NCBI GenBank assembly: GCA_002433065.1 | Contig: DJHK01000041.1 | Location: 109,922-173,921 of the forward strand | Source of the DNA: Chloroflexi bacterium UBA6622 | GTDB taxonomy: Bacteria > Chloroflexota > UBA11872 | Reading direction: 5' to 3' | DNA length: 64,000 bases | In this document: in pieces, positions 46,987 to 56,210 of the stretch | Numbering within the stretch: position 1 is the first letter of the stretch | How the letters are laid out: the number at the start of each line of letters is the position of its first letter | Translations under genes and position numbers: made by a program | Notes under the pieces: model-generated | Seen by the model: the letters and a program-made list of their open reading frames with translations, nothing else | Database searches by the model: none | Told to the model about the DNA's origin: nothing

Positions 46987-47844
46987 TTATGTGGGCGAGG
47001 AGGCTGCTTTTTGCGCGATAACGCCATACCAAATACGTGGAACCAGGTCGAACCGTATGTGGTCTACGGCTGCGCTCATCGCATCACTAAGTTCGTCCAT
47101 TGTTACATCACGCGTGAAAGTGAGATCTCTGGCCATTCCTCGGACGAACTCTGGGTATCTGGAAATTGCTTTTAGTGCAGAGTGAGTGAGTTGAACCACG
47201 CGGTCTTCCTCATGTACGACAACAAAGCCTGCATCAGTGATCATTTGCTTGTAGTCGTCGGGAGTCCGATACGCCAAGGTTTCGACTTGGCGATCTCGTT
47301 TGCCGCCCGTCAGCCGGACGAAGTGAAGCTTCCATTCACCATGGCCACGCATCGAGTGACCGACCTCCATCGAATTGGAGGTGAAGGAACTATTGATCGA
47401 TAAAAAAGCATTGTCATGCGTGATCTCAGCTAAGCCGGCAAACACTTGCCGTTGGCCTTCTTCACCATCGATTTCATGAATTGCATCATGAATGCTCACA
47501 CTGTCCGCACCATCATCCGTAAGGTGTTCAGCGACAGCAGTCGGAATATCTCGAGCGTCTCCTTCAAGGAAAGTTACGCTGATGTCCGCAGTGCCAGGTG
47601 TGGCAGCTCGAGCTATTTCAAGCGCCTCGGCGTTGCGGTCCACCGCGATTATTTGGCCGTGATATCCGCGGGCAGTGGCTTGTTCCACTAAGAGTTGGGG
47701 GATTAGCCCGGCACCAGTTGCGACATCGACATGTACGAAAGGGTTTGGCAGCCGATCAATCAGTTGTGCAATGAGCTCCCTGTTTACCTCTCGGTATTCA
47801 GGTATCTCGGAGAAGTGGCCGAAGTGCAGGTTGTTTTGGGTCAT
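46987..47844 (-). CDS. class I SAM-dependent methyltransferase
   Basis: 285 aa. Motif I VHVDVATGAGLIP, then IIAVDRN, FLEGDARD and SIHDAIHE. Confidence 0.8.
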   Translation of the reverse strand: MTQNNLHFGHFSEIPEYREVNRELIAQLIDRLPNPFVHVDVATGAGLIPQLLVEQATARGYHGQIIAVDRNAEALEIARAATPGTADISVTFLEGDARDIPTAVAEHLTDDGADSVSIHDAIHEIDGEEGQRQVFAGLAEITHDNAFLSINSSFTSNSMEVGHSMRGHGEWKLHFVRLTGGKRDRQVETLAYRTPDDYKQMITDAGFVVVHEEDRVVQLTHSALKAISRYPEFVRGMARDLTFTRDVTMDELSDAMSAAVDHIRFDLVPRIWYGVIAQKAASSPT

Positions 47845-48103
47845 TGATTGAGTGTTACCGAAGATCGGCCCGATTTCTTAATGCGGAACCGCCTAGCTAG
47901 GTTAAATGAGGTTAGTTTGTGTCGAGTTACGGATTGCATGCTTAACGAATTAACTGGCATCTTAGCGGATATGAGGCGTTTTGCTCGCGTCTAAGGCGCT
48001 AATGGACGAGTGTTTCTTAGCTTCGGGGCTGTCCGATAGGAGTTATATTGCCGGATGCACGACACGTGATGCCTTTCATGTACAACGTGAGTGCGGTTTC
48101 TGG

Positions 48104-48176
48104 GCGGGGGTAGCTCAGTTGGCAGAGCGCTAGCCTTCCAAGCTGGATGTCGCGGGTTCGAATCCCGTCCCCCGCT
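48104..48176 (+). tRNA. tRNA-Gly (anticodon TCC)
   Basis: Hand-folded. Acceptor GCGGGGG/CCCCCGC, D stem GCTC/GAGC, anticodon stem CTAGC/GCTGG with loop CTTCCAA, T arm GCGGG-TTCGAAT-CCCGT, discriminator T. CCA is not exactly encoded. Confidence 0.9.
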
Positions 48177-48283
48177 CCCATCGACAGGTTGATTTTCCTG
48201 TTACGAAGCAGTTCGCTTCAGGCGCTTGGCGATCTTGGCCTCTAATGTGGCCTTGGCACTGGTCACTAGCTGCGTAAGAATCC

Positions 48284-48817
48284 GTGGACGCTTCGGCGTT
48301 TTTGGAGGTGCGATCTGTGTTGGCGAAATTTTTCGATTTTCCAAACCCTGTAAATGATTACGCTGCTCGTCTTGTGGCAGGTGCCGTGGCCACGATGGCC
48401 ATTGTGATCATTTTGTTTGATGTGCGCTGGATGTTTGGCGTGCTGGCATATGGATTTCTTGCTCGTGTTCTTACTGGGCCTCGGCTAAGTCCTCTCGCGC
48501 TCTTGGCCACAAAAGTAGTAATACCTATAGTGGGTGGGCCGGACAAGCCCGTGCCCGGACCTCCCAAGCGTTTTGCTCAGGCTGTAGGGGTTGGGTTCTC
48601 GTTGGTTGGCTTAGTGCTGATGTTGTTGGGCTCGGTGGTGGCGGCCAAGATCGTGATTGGTGTGCTGTGCGTATTTGCTCTAGCTGAATCCTTACTTGGC
48701 TTCTGCGCAGGATGTTTTGTGTTCAATTACCTGATGGCTTGGGGTTTTGTCCCGTCAACGGTGTGCGAGGCGTGCCAGCAATATGCACCTCCCACAGTTG
48801 AAGATTCGGATGGTTAG
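48284..48817 (+). CDS. DUF4395 family membrane protein
   Basis: 177 aa. FDFPNPVNDYAARLVAG, four hydrophobic helices, and the C-terminal ESLLGFCAGCFVFNYL motif typical of DUF4395. The start may be an internal GTG. Confidence 0.65.
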   Translation: MDASAFLEVRSVLAKFFDFPNPVNDYAARLVAGAVATMAIVIILFDVRWMFGVLAYGFLARVLTGPRLSPLALLATKVVIPIVGGPDKPVPGPPKRFAQAVGVGFSLVGLVLMLLGSVVAAKIVIGVLCVFALAESLLGFCAGCFVFNYLMAWGFVPSTVCEACQQYAPPTVEDSDG

Positions 48818-48923
48818 CCCTTGGATCGGTGGTCGTTTCTCTCTGTGCTTTTTATACCCGGCACCTAAGGCCTGGGGAAGGGGCTATTATCTCCATTGTT
48901 GGGAGCGTGGTAGGAGGTAACTC

Positions 48924-50033
48924 GTGAGCGCTGTAGACACCGAACGTCGGACCTCAGATAAGGACCTGGGGAGTCCGAAGATTGCGCCGTATCTGGTTGA
49001 TTGTGATCTGCATCATCTGTGGCACCAGATCGACGATATCTTTCCGTATCTTCCCCGACAGTACGTGCAGGAAATCAAGGATTTTGGACCCATGTTCCCT
49101 GGAGGGATGTGGACCAACATGCCGAACAATCACGGTTATCGTATTGATCAGGACGTGGACCATGAGACCAACTTCCCTTCGTTTACGGTCACGGAGCATA
49201 TGGATCGGTATGACTTCGACGTGGGAATTCTTACTGGAGGGGACATATACCTGATAACCGCGACTACCAATCTTGACTATGCGGCGGCGATCTGTCGGGC
49301 GTACAACGACTGGACGCTGGATCACTGGGTTGCAGAGGACGATCGGTTCCGGATGGTTTTGGCCATTGGCCCGAATGATCCGATCCAAGCAGTCGAAGAA
49401 ATTGATCGACTAGGTGGGCATCCGGCGGTGGTTGGCGTAAACCTTCCGGCAGGCGGGCGTCATCCGTATGGGAACCGTATGTACCATCCAATTTATGAGG
49501 CGGCTGAGCGTCATGGCCTTGCCATGGTGACGCATTTTGGTGGCGAGGGCGTTGGTGCCAACAACGCCCCGACGGCGGCCGGCTATCCAACCTACTACCT
49601 GGAGATGCGTATGGCACGTCCCCAGATTGCCCAGGCACACGTTGCCAGCTTGATTTGTGAGGGCGTATTTGAGAAGTACAAAGATCTTAAGTGGGTGTTC
49701 GTGGAAGTCGACACCTGGTGGATTCCCGGATTGTTGGACCACTTCGATGCTGATTGGAAGGCGCTACGTGATTACACTCCCTGGGTGAAACAACTCCCAA
49801 GTGAGTATTTTCGAAAACATATTCGGGTCGGTACGCAGCCCTTGGAACAGCCGGCGAAGCGGGAGGATCTCCATCGATTCTTTGATCAGGCGAATGCTCG
49901 AGAAGTCCTTGTTTATGCCAGTGATTTTCCCCATTGGGACTGGGATGAGCCGGTCGCAACTGCTGCAACGTTTCCCGAGTCGATCCGAGATGAAATCTTT
50001 GGTTCTAACGCTCGTCAGGCGTTCAAGCTTTAG
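48924..50033 (+). CDS. amidohydrolase-2 family metal-dependent hydrolase/decarboxylase
   Basis: 369 aa, GTG start. HxH metal motif (VDCDLHHLW). Later H and D ligands in context (VTHFGGEG, ASDFPHWD). Confidence 0.7.
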   Translation: MSAVDTERRTSDKDLGSPKIAPYLVDCDLHHLWHQIDDIFPYLPRQYVQEIKDFGPMFPGGMWTNMPNNHGYRIDQDVDHETNFPSFTVTEHMDRYDFDVGILTGGDIYLITATTNLDYAAAICRAYNDWTLDHWVAEDDRFRMVLAIGPNDPIQAVEEIDRLGGHPAVVGVNLPAGGRHPYGNRMYHPIYEAAERHGLAMVTHFGGEGVGANNAPTAAGYPTYYLEMRMARPQIAQAHVASLICEGVFEKYKDLKWVFVEVDTWWIPGLLDHFDADWKALRDYTPWVKQLPSEYFRKHIRVGTQPLEQPAKREDLHRFFDQANAREVLVYASDFPHWDWDEPVATAATFPESIRDEIFGSNARQAFKL

Positions 50034-50083
50034 CGGTGGATCTGTGAGATCTGGTTCGTCGAGATGGTGATGAGTCTTTCAGT

Positions 50084-50566
50084 ATGACGCGTGCACAAGG
50101 CAGCAGAGATCCTACGGGCCAAGGCCGGGGTGCCACGTCTACCCTTTCCTCAATATCGGTCGTCCCGGGGCCAAGCAGCGCCGATGATTCTGGGGAACTT
50201 GTTGTTTGTGAGGCTGCTGATCTTTTGTCCGGCGGACGGATTGAGATCTCAGGGGCCGTTCATTTCGGTGTCACGGTGTTTAATGTAGACGGCGAGTTGT
50301 ATGCACTACTAAACCACTGCCCGCATATGGGTGGGCCGCTTTGTCGAGGACGAATAAGACCTAGGGTTTCCTCAGATGCTGTGGGCCGCTGGGATTTCGA
50401 CCGTGAAGGCGAAGTTGTGAAATGCCCGTTCCATAATTGGGAATTCGATATTTGCTCTGGACAGGCTTTGCATGATTCTCGGCTTCGCGTGCGTCGGTAC
50501 CCGGTAGAAATTCGTGATGGAAAAGTGGTGGTTAAATTGCGAAAAGATGGCCGAAAAAAATTGTGA
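50084..50566 (+). CDS. Rieske [2Fe-2S] domain protein (NirD-like small subunit type)
   Basis: 160 aa with CPHMGGPLCRG ... CPFHNWEFD. The N-terminal ~40 aa are low-complexity, so the start is uncertain. Confidence 0.8.
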   Translation: MTRAQGSRDPTGQGRGATSTLSSISVVPGPSSADDSGELVVCEAADLLSGGRIEISGAVHFGVTVFNVDGELYALLNHCPHMGGPLCRGRIRPRVSSDAVGRWDFDREGEVVKCPFHNWEFDICSGQALHDSRLRVRRYPVEIRDGKVVVKLRKDGRKKL

Positions 50567-50656
50567 ACAGGGTGTTCAATGACAGTTTCTGCCGAATTTA
50601 GGTGGACGCTCAATCTCAATAGGTTCTTCTGAGATGACCGCGGATCCGATGGGAAA

Positions 50657-51646
50657 ATGAGCCCTCAAGCCCCAGTCGTTGTTGTCCGTAACCTCAGCAA
50701 GTCATTTGGAGACATTAAGGCCCTCAGTGGGGTTAGCTTTGACGTGCATGCCGGTACGGTGGTCGGTCTGCTTGGTCCAAATGGGGCAGGTAAGACTACG
50801 CTTGTTCGGATCCTAACCACTCTTCTCGATGCTGATACTGGTTCGGCTCATGTAGCGGGTTTTGACGTTCTTCGTGACAAGGCGAGGGTTCGTCCTGTAG
50901 TGGGGCTGGCCGGGCAATACGCGGCTATTGATCCGGTGATGACCGGTCGCGAGAACTTGGTGATGGTGGCTCGCCTGTATCACTTGCCACGTGCCGAGGC
51001 TGAAAGCCGGGCGTCGGAATTGTTGATGCGGTTTGGTCTTACGGATGCTGCTGATCGCCAAAGTGATACGTACTCTGGTGGCATGCGACGTCGCCTTGAT
51101 TTGGCTGCAAGCCTTGTGGCGGATCCTAGAGTGTTGTTTCTTGACGAGCCGACGACCGGTCTGGATCCCAGGGGGAGAATGGAACTTTGGGCCATGGTTA
51201 GAGATCTCGTGTCTGACGGAATGACTGTGTTGCTTACTACTCAGTATCTAGACGAAGCCGACAAGCTCGCTGACCGGATCGTTGTGATCGATCACGGCCG
51301 TATTATCGCGGAAGGTGAAACTGACGAATTGAAGGGCATGGCCGGAGGGACCTATCTAACTGTTCGGGTGAATGATCTCTCGTCGGTCGAACCCGTGAGA
51401 TGCGTACTTGCACAAGAGGGTGATGGACCTGCGATGGTTGACGACTCTTCAGGCGAGGTGTCCGTTCCTCTAGCGCGGGGTGCTGCCAAGCTTGCTGGTA
51501 TCGTGCGAAGGCTTGACGAGGCGGATATTGCCATTGCCGATATCGGTCTTCGGCAGCCAACTCTTGATGAAGTGTTTCTTTCCTTGACGGGGCACGTGGC
51601 CTCTGACGACGGTTCCTGTAAGCAGACATCAACCGAAGAAAGTTAA
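50657..51646 (+). CDS. ABC transporter ATP-binding protein (DrrA/ABC-2 type)
   Basis: 329 aa. Walker A GPNGAGKTT, signature YSGGMRRRL, Walker B VLFLDEPTTGLD, and a C-terminal DrrA-type domain. Confidence 0.92.
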   Translation: MSPQAPVVVVRNLSKSFGDIKALSGVSFDVHAGTVVGLLGPNGAGKTTLVRILTTLLDADTGSAHVAGFDVLRDKARVRPVVGLAGQYAAIDPVMTGRENLVMVARLYHLPRAEAESRASELLMRFGLTDAADRQSDTYSGGMRRRLDLAASLVADPRVLFLDEPTTGLDPRGRMELWAMVRDLVSDGMTVLLTTQYLDEADKLADRIVVIDHGRIIAEGETDELKGMAGGTYLTVRVNDLSSVEPVRCVLAQEGDGPAMVDDSSGEVSVPLARGAAKLAGIVRRLDEADIAIADIGLRQPTLDEVFLSLTGHVASDDGSCKQTSTEES

Positions 51647-51650
51647 GGGG

Positions 51651-52454
51651 GTGCACATGTCCATGTCAGGGTTCATGACGGCTCTTCGATCCGAGGCTAA
51701 ATACGGTCTCGGAGACACCATGCAACTCTGGAAGAGAAACCTTCTGGCCTATCGACGCCAACCAGACCTCCTCGTATTTTCGACGATCCAGCCGGTCATG
51801 TTTGTCCTGCTCTTCGCGTTCGTGTTTGGCGGTGCTATCCAGACAGGTCCAATTCCATATATCGATTTTCTTTTGCCTGGAATCCTTGTTCAGTCCGGGC
51901 TTTTTGGATCTACGCAGACTGGTGTGGGTTTGGCTGAGGATGTTCGTAGCGGGATGATCGATAGGTATCGGTCGTTGCCAATGGCTCGGTCAGCTGTGAT
52001 CGCTGGGCGTATTTTGGCCGATACCACTCGAAACATGTTTGTGCTGACCCTCATGGTTGGTGTGGGCCTCATAATTGGTTTCAGGTTTCATGGCTCGGTT
52101 GCTGGAGCAACAGCCATGCTCCTATTAGGGGTGGTTTTTGCGCAGGCTTTTTCATGGATATCCGCCGCTATTGGTATGAGCGTGCGACGTGCTGAAACTG
52201 CGCAGGTTGCGAGTTTCGTATGGATATTTCCGCTGACCTTTGTGAGTTCTGTGTTTGTCCCGATTGAGACCATGCCTGATTGGTTGCGTGCTGTTGCCCA
52301 ACACAGCCCCGTAACGCTTACTGTGGATGCGATGCGTGGCCTGGCACTTGGTGTGGAGTTTTGGGGTTCGTTGATGAGATCGTTGGCTTGGATTGTGGGG
52401 ATCATGGTTATTTTTGTTCCAGTGGCCATATGGCGATATCGAAAGATCGCTTAA
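51651..52454 (+). CDS. ABC-2 type transporter permease
   Basis: 267 aa with 6 TM and an ABC-2 pattern (YRRQPDLLVFSTIQPVMFVLLF). ATG 51657 with AAGGGGG upstream is an alternative start. Confidence 0.88.
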   Translation: MHMSMSGFMTALRSEAKYGLGDTMQLWKRNLLAYRRQPDLLVFSTIQPVMFVLLFAFVFGGAIQTGPIPYIDFLLPGILVQSGLFGSTQTGVGLAEDVRSGMIDRYRSLPMARSAVIAGRILADTTRNMFVLTLMVGVGLIIGFRFHGSVAGATAMLLLGVVFAQAFSWISAAIGMSVRRAETAQVASFVWIFPLTFVSSVFVPIETMPDWLRAVAQHSPVTLTVDAMRGLALGVEFWGSLMRSLAWIVGIMVIFVPVAIWRYRKIA

Positions 52455-52747
52455 GACGACTTGGCTGCGATGCGCGCTTGGAATAGTGCTCAGCGTGGGG
52501 TGTGTTTATGAGTTGGTGAATTGGAGTCATGCCTCCGCCCAAGGTTTGCATTAAGTCTTCGAAGGTCTGAGTAGTTCAGGATGGAGACCCTGTTCTTATA
52601 AAAACGTATGCCGTAGTGGAAAACGGAGATGCTACGGTTCTGACAATCATTCCGATAAAGTTCAGAACTGAGAACCGAGGTTGGGCTTGTTGTTGTGTGT
52701 TCGGGACTGGAAGGGTGTTTCGTAGTACCATTACGGTGCCCGTACGG

Positions 52748-52775
52748 ATTATCCGGCGGGTTTTTGTTGTGCATG
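52748..52775 (+). terminator. candidate intrinsic terminator 67 nt upstream of rpmG
   Basis: CCCG-ta-CGG-attat-CCG-g-CGGG (7 G:C pairs with a small internal loop) followed directly by TTTTTGTTG. Read by eye; no energy computed. Confidence 0.4.
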
Positions 52776-52841
52776 GCATAAGTTTTAGGTTCGGTGTGTA
52801 TATGTTCACCGGGCTTCGGCTTACCGCTGTTGGAGTTGTGA

Positions 52842-53006
52842 ATGCCCCGTAAAGGCGATCGGATGGTTATTACGCTGGAATGTACGGAATGTGGTTCTCG
52901 CGGTTACGTTAGTAGCAAGAGCCGGCGTAATGATCCAGACCGAATGGAACTGAATAAATTTTGCCGCTCGTGCCGAAGCCATAAGCTGCATCGAGAGACG
53001 CGCTAG
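52842..53006 (+). CDS. rpmG: 50S ribosomal protein L33 (zinc-ribbon C+ form)
   Basis: 54 aa, below the ORF-track cutoff: [58 protein letters not shown] lies 6 nt upstream. Carries CxxC...CxxC. Confidence 0.92.
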   Translation: MPRKGDRMVITLECTECGSRGYVSSKSRRNDPDRMELNKFCRSCRSHKLHRETR

Positions 53007-53022
53007 CGCGTGGTCGATACTG

Positions 53023-53235
53023 ATGTCAGTCGAAGGGGTTCGCCAAGCAGTTCGAAGACTTCCTGGGTCTCGGTTTGCGCGCGACGCGTACAGCGAGCTC
53101 CGAAAGGCTCAATGGCCGACGCCACAGCAGACGGCTCGTTTAACTGGGCTGGTGGTCTTAATCAGCTTGCTTATGGCTATTGTGCTGGGTTTGGCAGATC
53201 TGGCGTTCGATCGTTTGTTCGAGCTCGTGACGTGA
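53023..53235 (+). CDS. secE: preprotein translocase subunit SecE
   Basis: 70 aa. AYSELRKAQWPTPQQTARLTGLVVLISLLMAIVLGLAD (single TM). Position between rpmG and nusG. Confidence 0.9.
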   Translation: MSVEGVRQAVRRLPGSRFARDAYSELRKAQWPTPQQTARLTGLVVLISLLMAIVLGLADLAFDRLFELVT

Positions 53236-53253
53236 TCAGGGGAGGCGGTCACC

Positions 53254-53883
53254 ATGATGGCTGAGGCAGATGGCGTTCGTGAAGAATCAGACCAACCGGT
53301 GCCGATTTCGGCAGATGAGACTCTGTCACAGGAAGTTCCAGATGATGCACGGTGGTTCGTGATCAACACCTACTCCGGCTACGAATCCAAGGTGAAGCAC
53401 AATATGGAGCAACGGATTCGGTCGATGGAGGCAGCTGACAAGATCTTCGACATTATTGTGCCTGTGGAAGAGATAGAAGAATCGCGTCATGGGCAGCGTC
53501 GAAAAGTTGAGCGAAAAATGTACCCCGGATATGTGCTCGTTCGTATGTTGCTGGAGGACGATTCTTGGATGGTCGTCCGCAATACCCCTGGTGTGGTCAA
53601 TTTTGTCGGTTCTGGAAACAGGCCTACCCCCCTGCCTCCTGACGAAGCAAGTACGATCTTTAGACAAATGGAAGGGGATGCTCCGCGTCCTGAGGTCAGG
53701 ATACAGATTGGTGAGCGGGTCAAGATCATTGATGGACCCTTCACCGATTTCTTTGGTTCGGTGGATGAGGTGATGGAGGATAAGGAGCGGCTACGGGTTC
53801 TTGTATCTTTCTTTGGTCGAGATACTCCGGTCGAATTGGACTTTTTACAGGTTGAGAAGTCTGGCGGAGGTTCGATCACCTAG
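53254..53883 (+). CDS. nusG: transcription termination/antitermination factor NusG
   Basis: 209 aa. Acidic N-terminal extension, then WFVINTYSGYESKV, YPGYVLVRM and KOW motif GERVKIIDGPFTDFFGSVDEV. Confidence 0.95.
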   Translation: MMAEADGVREESDQPVPISADETLSQEVPDDARWFVINTYSGYESKVKHNMEQRIRSMEAADKIFDIIVPVEEIEESRHGQRRKVERKMYPGYVLVRMLLEDDSWMVVRNTPGVVNFVGSGNRPTPLPPDEASTIFRQMEGDAPRPEVRIQIGERVKIIDGPFTDFFGSVDEVMEDKERLRVLVSFFGRDTPVELDFLQVEKSGGGSIT

Positions 53884-53905
53884 TCGATAGGGAAGAAGTT
53901 CATCT

Positions 53906-54331
53906 ATGGCACGTACCGTACTCGCGCAAATAACGCTTCAACTTGAGGCAGGCAAAGCGACGCCTGCCCCGCCGGTTGGTCCTGCATTGGGCAGCCATGG
54001 TGTCAATATTGTTGAGTTCACTAAGTTGTACAACGAAAGGACTCGCGAACAGATTGGCTCAATTATTCCTGCTGTAATCACCGTGTACGAAGATCGTTCT
54101 TTTTCCTTCATTACAAAAACTCCGCCGGCGGCAGATTTATTGCGGAAAGCAGCCGGAGTAGACAAGGGTTCTGGTGAGCCAAATCTTGAAAAAGTTGGCG
54201 TGGTTACGGCCAGTCAGGTTCGTGAAATCGCAGAAATAAAGATGGCTGATTTGAATGCGTACGATATGGATGCGGCGATGAAAATAATTTCTGGTACGGC
54301 CCGCAGTATGGGCATCGAAGTAGAGGATTAA
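53906..54331 (+). CDS. rplK: 50S ribosomal protein L11
   Basis: 141 aa. [25 protein letters not shown] and [12 protein letters not shown]. Confidence 0.97.
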   Translation: MARTVLAQITLQLEAGKATPAPPVGPALGSHGVNIVEFTKLYNERTREQIGSIIPAVITVYEDRSFSFITKTPPAADLLRKAAGVDKGSGEPNLEKVGVVTASQVREIAEIKMADLNAYDMDAAMKIISGTARSMGIEVED

Positions 54332-54333
54332 TA

Positions 54334-55050
54334 GTGACAAGGCACGGGAAGCGATATCGACAAGCTAGTGGGGCTGTGCCCAAGAATGTGCAGCATGGAC
54401 TAGAGGACGCTGTGGAGCTGCTTGTTGAGCTGCCCAAGGCGAAATTTGATGAGGCGGTTGAGTTGCATGCTCGGCTGGGCGTCGATCCAGCACATGCGGA
54501 CCAACAAGTTCGCGGTACCTTGTTGCTGCCACATGGAACAGGTCGATCAACGCGGGTGATTGTTTTTGCTAGTGGCGATCGTGCTCAGGAGGCTAGGGAT
54601 GCTGGGGCCGACGAGGTCGGCACTGATGATCTGGCAAAAAAAATCCAGGGCGGCTGGGTAGAGTTTGATGCGGCGGTTGCGACTCCTGATAACATGCGGA
54701 TTATTGGACCACTCGGTCGTATTCTTGGGCCGAGAGGGTTGATGCCGAATGCTCGGGCGGGAACGGTGACCGATGATGTTGCCCGAGTCGTTGAGGAGCT
54801 TAAGGCTGGTCGAGTTGAATTTCGGGTTGATCGCTTGGCCAATCTGCATATAGTGGTAGGCCGCGTCTCGATGGGTCGTGATGCGTTGTTGGAGAATTTG
54901 ACCTCGGTTGTTGAGGCGGTTTCGAATGCTCGCCCAAGTGTTGTGAAAGGCACGTATGTTCATTCGTTGAGCATATGCTCAAGTATGGGGCCAGGGATTC
55001 CCCTGGATCCCCAAGCTGTTTCAGTCAGATCGGCTGTATCTACGGCGTAA
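54334..55050 (+). CDS. rplA: 50S ribosomal protein L1
   Basis: 238 aa, GTG start. [29 protein letters not shown] and GPRGLMPN. Confidence 0.95.
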   Translation: MTRHGKRYRQASGAVPKNVQHGLEDAVELLVELPKAKFDEAVELHARLGVDPAHADQQVRGTLLLPHGTGRSTRVIVFASGDRAQEARDAGADEVGTDDLAKKIQGGWVEFDAAVATPDNMRIIGPLGRILGPRGLMPNARAGTVTDDVARVVEELKAGRVEFRVDRLANLHIVVGRVSMGRDALLENLTSVVEAVSNARPSVVKGTYVHSLSICSSMGPGIPLDPQAVSVRSAVSTA

Positions 55051-55214
55051 AGACGGGGTAAGAATCTAGTACATACAATTGAATAGCCAGAGACAACGGG
55101 CCAAGCAATCTTCCTTGAAGGGAGAGCCCGTCGAGGCGCGGACGGACGATCGAGTGGCAGCACAATCCGGCGCGCCGCTCGAATTTTTTTGGGAAGGTAA
55201 AGGAGGATGTAGCC
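55051..55214 (+). promoter_or_regulatory. rplJ (L10) leader with nested hairpin and terminator-like attenuator
   Basis: Nested helix ACGGGC-caagcaa-TCTTCC-ttgaa-GGGAGA-GCCCGT. Then an 8-bp stem CGAGTGGC/GCCGCTCG (55151-55181) followed by AATTTTTTT (to 55190). SD AAGGAGG lies 8 nt before GTG 55215. Confidence 0.5.
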
Positions 55215-55754
55215 GTGGCGACTAAAAATGAGAAAGCCACTTTGGTTGATGAAATTTCTGCTTTATTGAAGAACGCGTCAATAAGCATTGTTTCCGGCTA
55301 TAAGGATTTATCGGTCGCCGATCAGCAGGAGCTTAGGGCTCGAATCCGGGAGACTGGGGCCACCTTCAGGGTGGTTAAGAATAGTTTGGCTATTCGTGCG
55401 GCCGGCGACGCTGAAATGGAGGGTCTCGGGCCGATGCTAGCTGGGCAATCCGCCTTTACTTTTGGAGGTGAAGACGTTCCTTCTGCTGCGCGAGCCCTTC
55501 GAGATTTTTCTGACGACCATCCGTCCCTCGATATTCGGGGCGCGATGTTTGAGGGCCAGGTTCTTGATTCCACGAGCGTTTTAAGACTCGCTTCTATTCC
55601 GGGGCGTGACCAGCTCAACGCTGAGTTGGTATGGGCGCTTGACTCCCAAATCTCTGAATTTGTTCACGTACTTGATGGATTAATTAACGGTTTTGTCTAC
55701 GCGCTCCAAGGGCGTGTGGATCAGCTTGGAGCTGGTGAAGCTCAAGGAGTATAA
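55215..55754 (+). CDS. rplJ: 50S ribosomal protein L10
   Basis: 179 aa, GTG start. [36 protein letters not shown]. Confidence 0.95.
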   Translation: MATKNEKATLVDEISALLKNASISIVSGYKDLSVADQQELRARIRETGATFRVVKNSLAIRAAGDAEMEGLGPMLAGQSAFTFGGEDVPSAARALRDFSDDHPSLDIRGAMFEGQVLDSTSVLRLASIPGRDQLNAELVWALDSQISEFVHVLDGLINGFVYALQGRVDQLGAGEAQGV

Positions 55755-55756
55755 AG

Positions 55757-56137
55757 ATGGCAAAGCTTTCAAAGGACGACATTCTTGAAGCGGTGGATGC
55801 AATGACTGTGCTTGAATTGTCGGAGCTTGTAGAGGCTCTCAAGGACAAGTACAACGTAAGTGCTGCGCCAGTGGCAGTTGCCGCAGCCCCCGCGGGTGAC
55901 GGTGGTGCTGGTGGTGCTGAGGAACAGTCGGAATTTTCAGTGGAAATCACCGAGGTTGGTCAACAGAAGATTCAGGTTATTAAGACGGTACGCGAAATCA
56001 CGGGTCTTGGCCTAAAGGAAGCGAAGTCAGTAGTTGATGGTGTGCCGGGATCCATCAAAGAAGGTCTTTCTCGCGAGGAGGCCGACGGTATCGTTGAGAA
56101 ACTTCAAGAGGTTGGTGCAACCGCACAAGTTAAATAG
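55757..56137 (+). CDS. rplL: 50S ribosomal protein L7/L12
   Basis: 126 aa. [26 protein letters not shown], an Ala/Gly hinge, and [20 protein letters not shown]. Confidence 0.97.
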   Translation: MAKLSKDDILEAVDAMTVLELSELVEALKDKYNVSAAPVAVAAAPAGDGGAGGAEEQSEFSVEITEVGQQKIQVIKTVREITGLGLKEAKSVVDGVPGSIKEGLSREEADGIVEKLQEVGATAQVK

Positions 56138-56210
56138 GCTTGCATCTGCAACACCTCATACGTCGGGATAGCCACGTGAGGTCTCGTTTATTGTGTGTGG
56201 TGGATGCCTT

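Noticed and set aside
44745-48176. Genomic island bracketed by tRNA-Pro and tRNA-Gly
   Set aside because: No integrase, no direct repeat of either tRNA 3' end that I could find by eye, and no obvious compositional break. The content is ordinary metabolic genes.
52490-52852. Three overlapping ORFs (52490-52774 minus, 52576-52809 minus, 52616-52852 plus) in the gap upstream of rpmG
   Set aside because: They are mutually exclusive, have low-complexity or odd composition and no RBS, and one runs into rpmG. I treat the region as non-coding. I also looked for RNase P, SRP, tmRNA, 5S and 6S hallmarks and found none.
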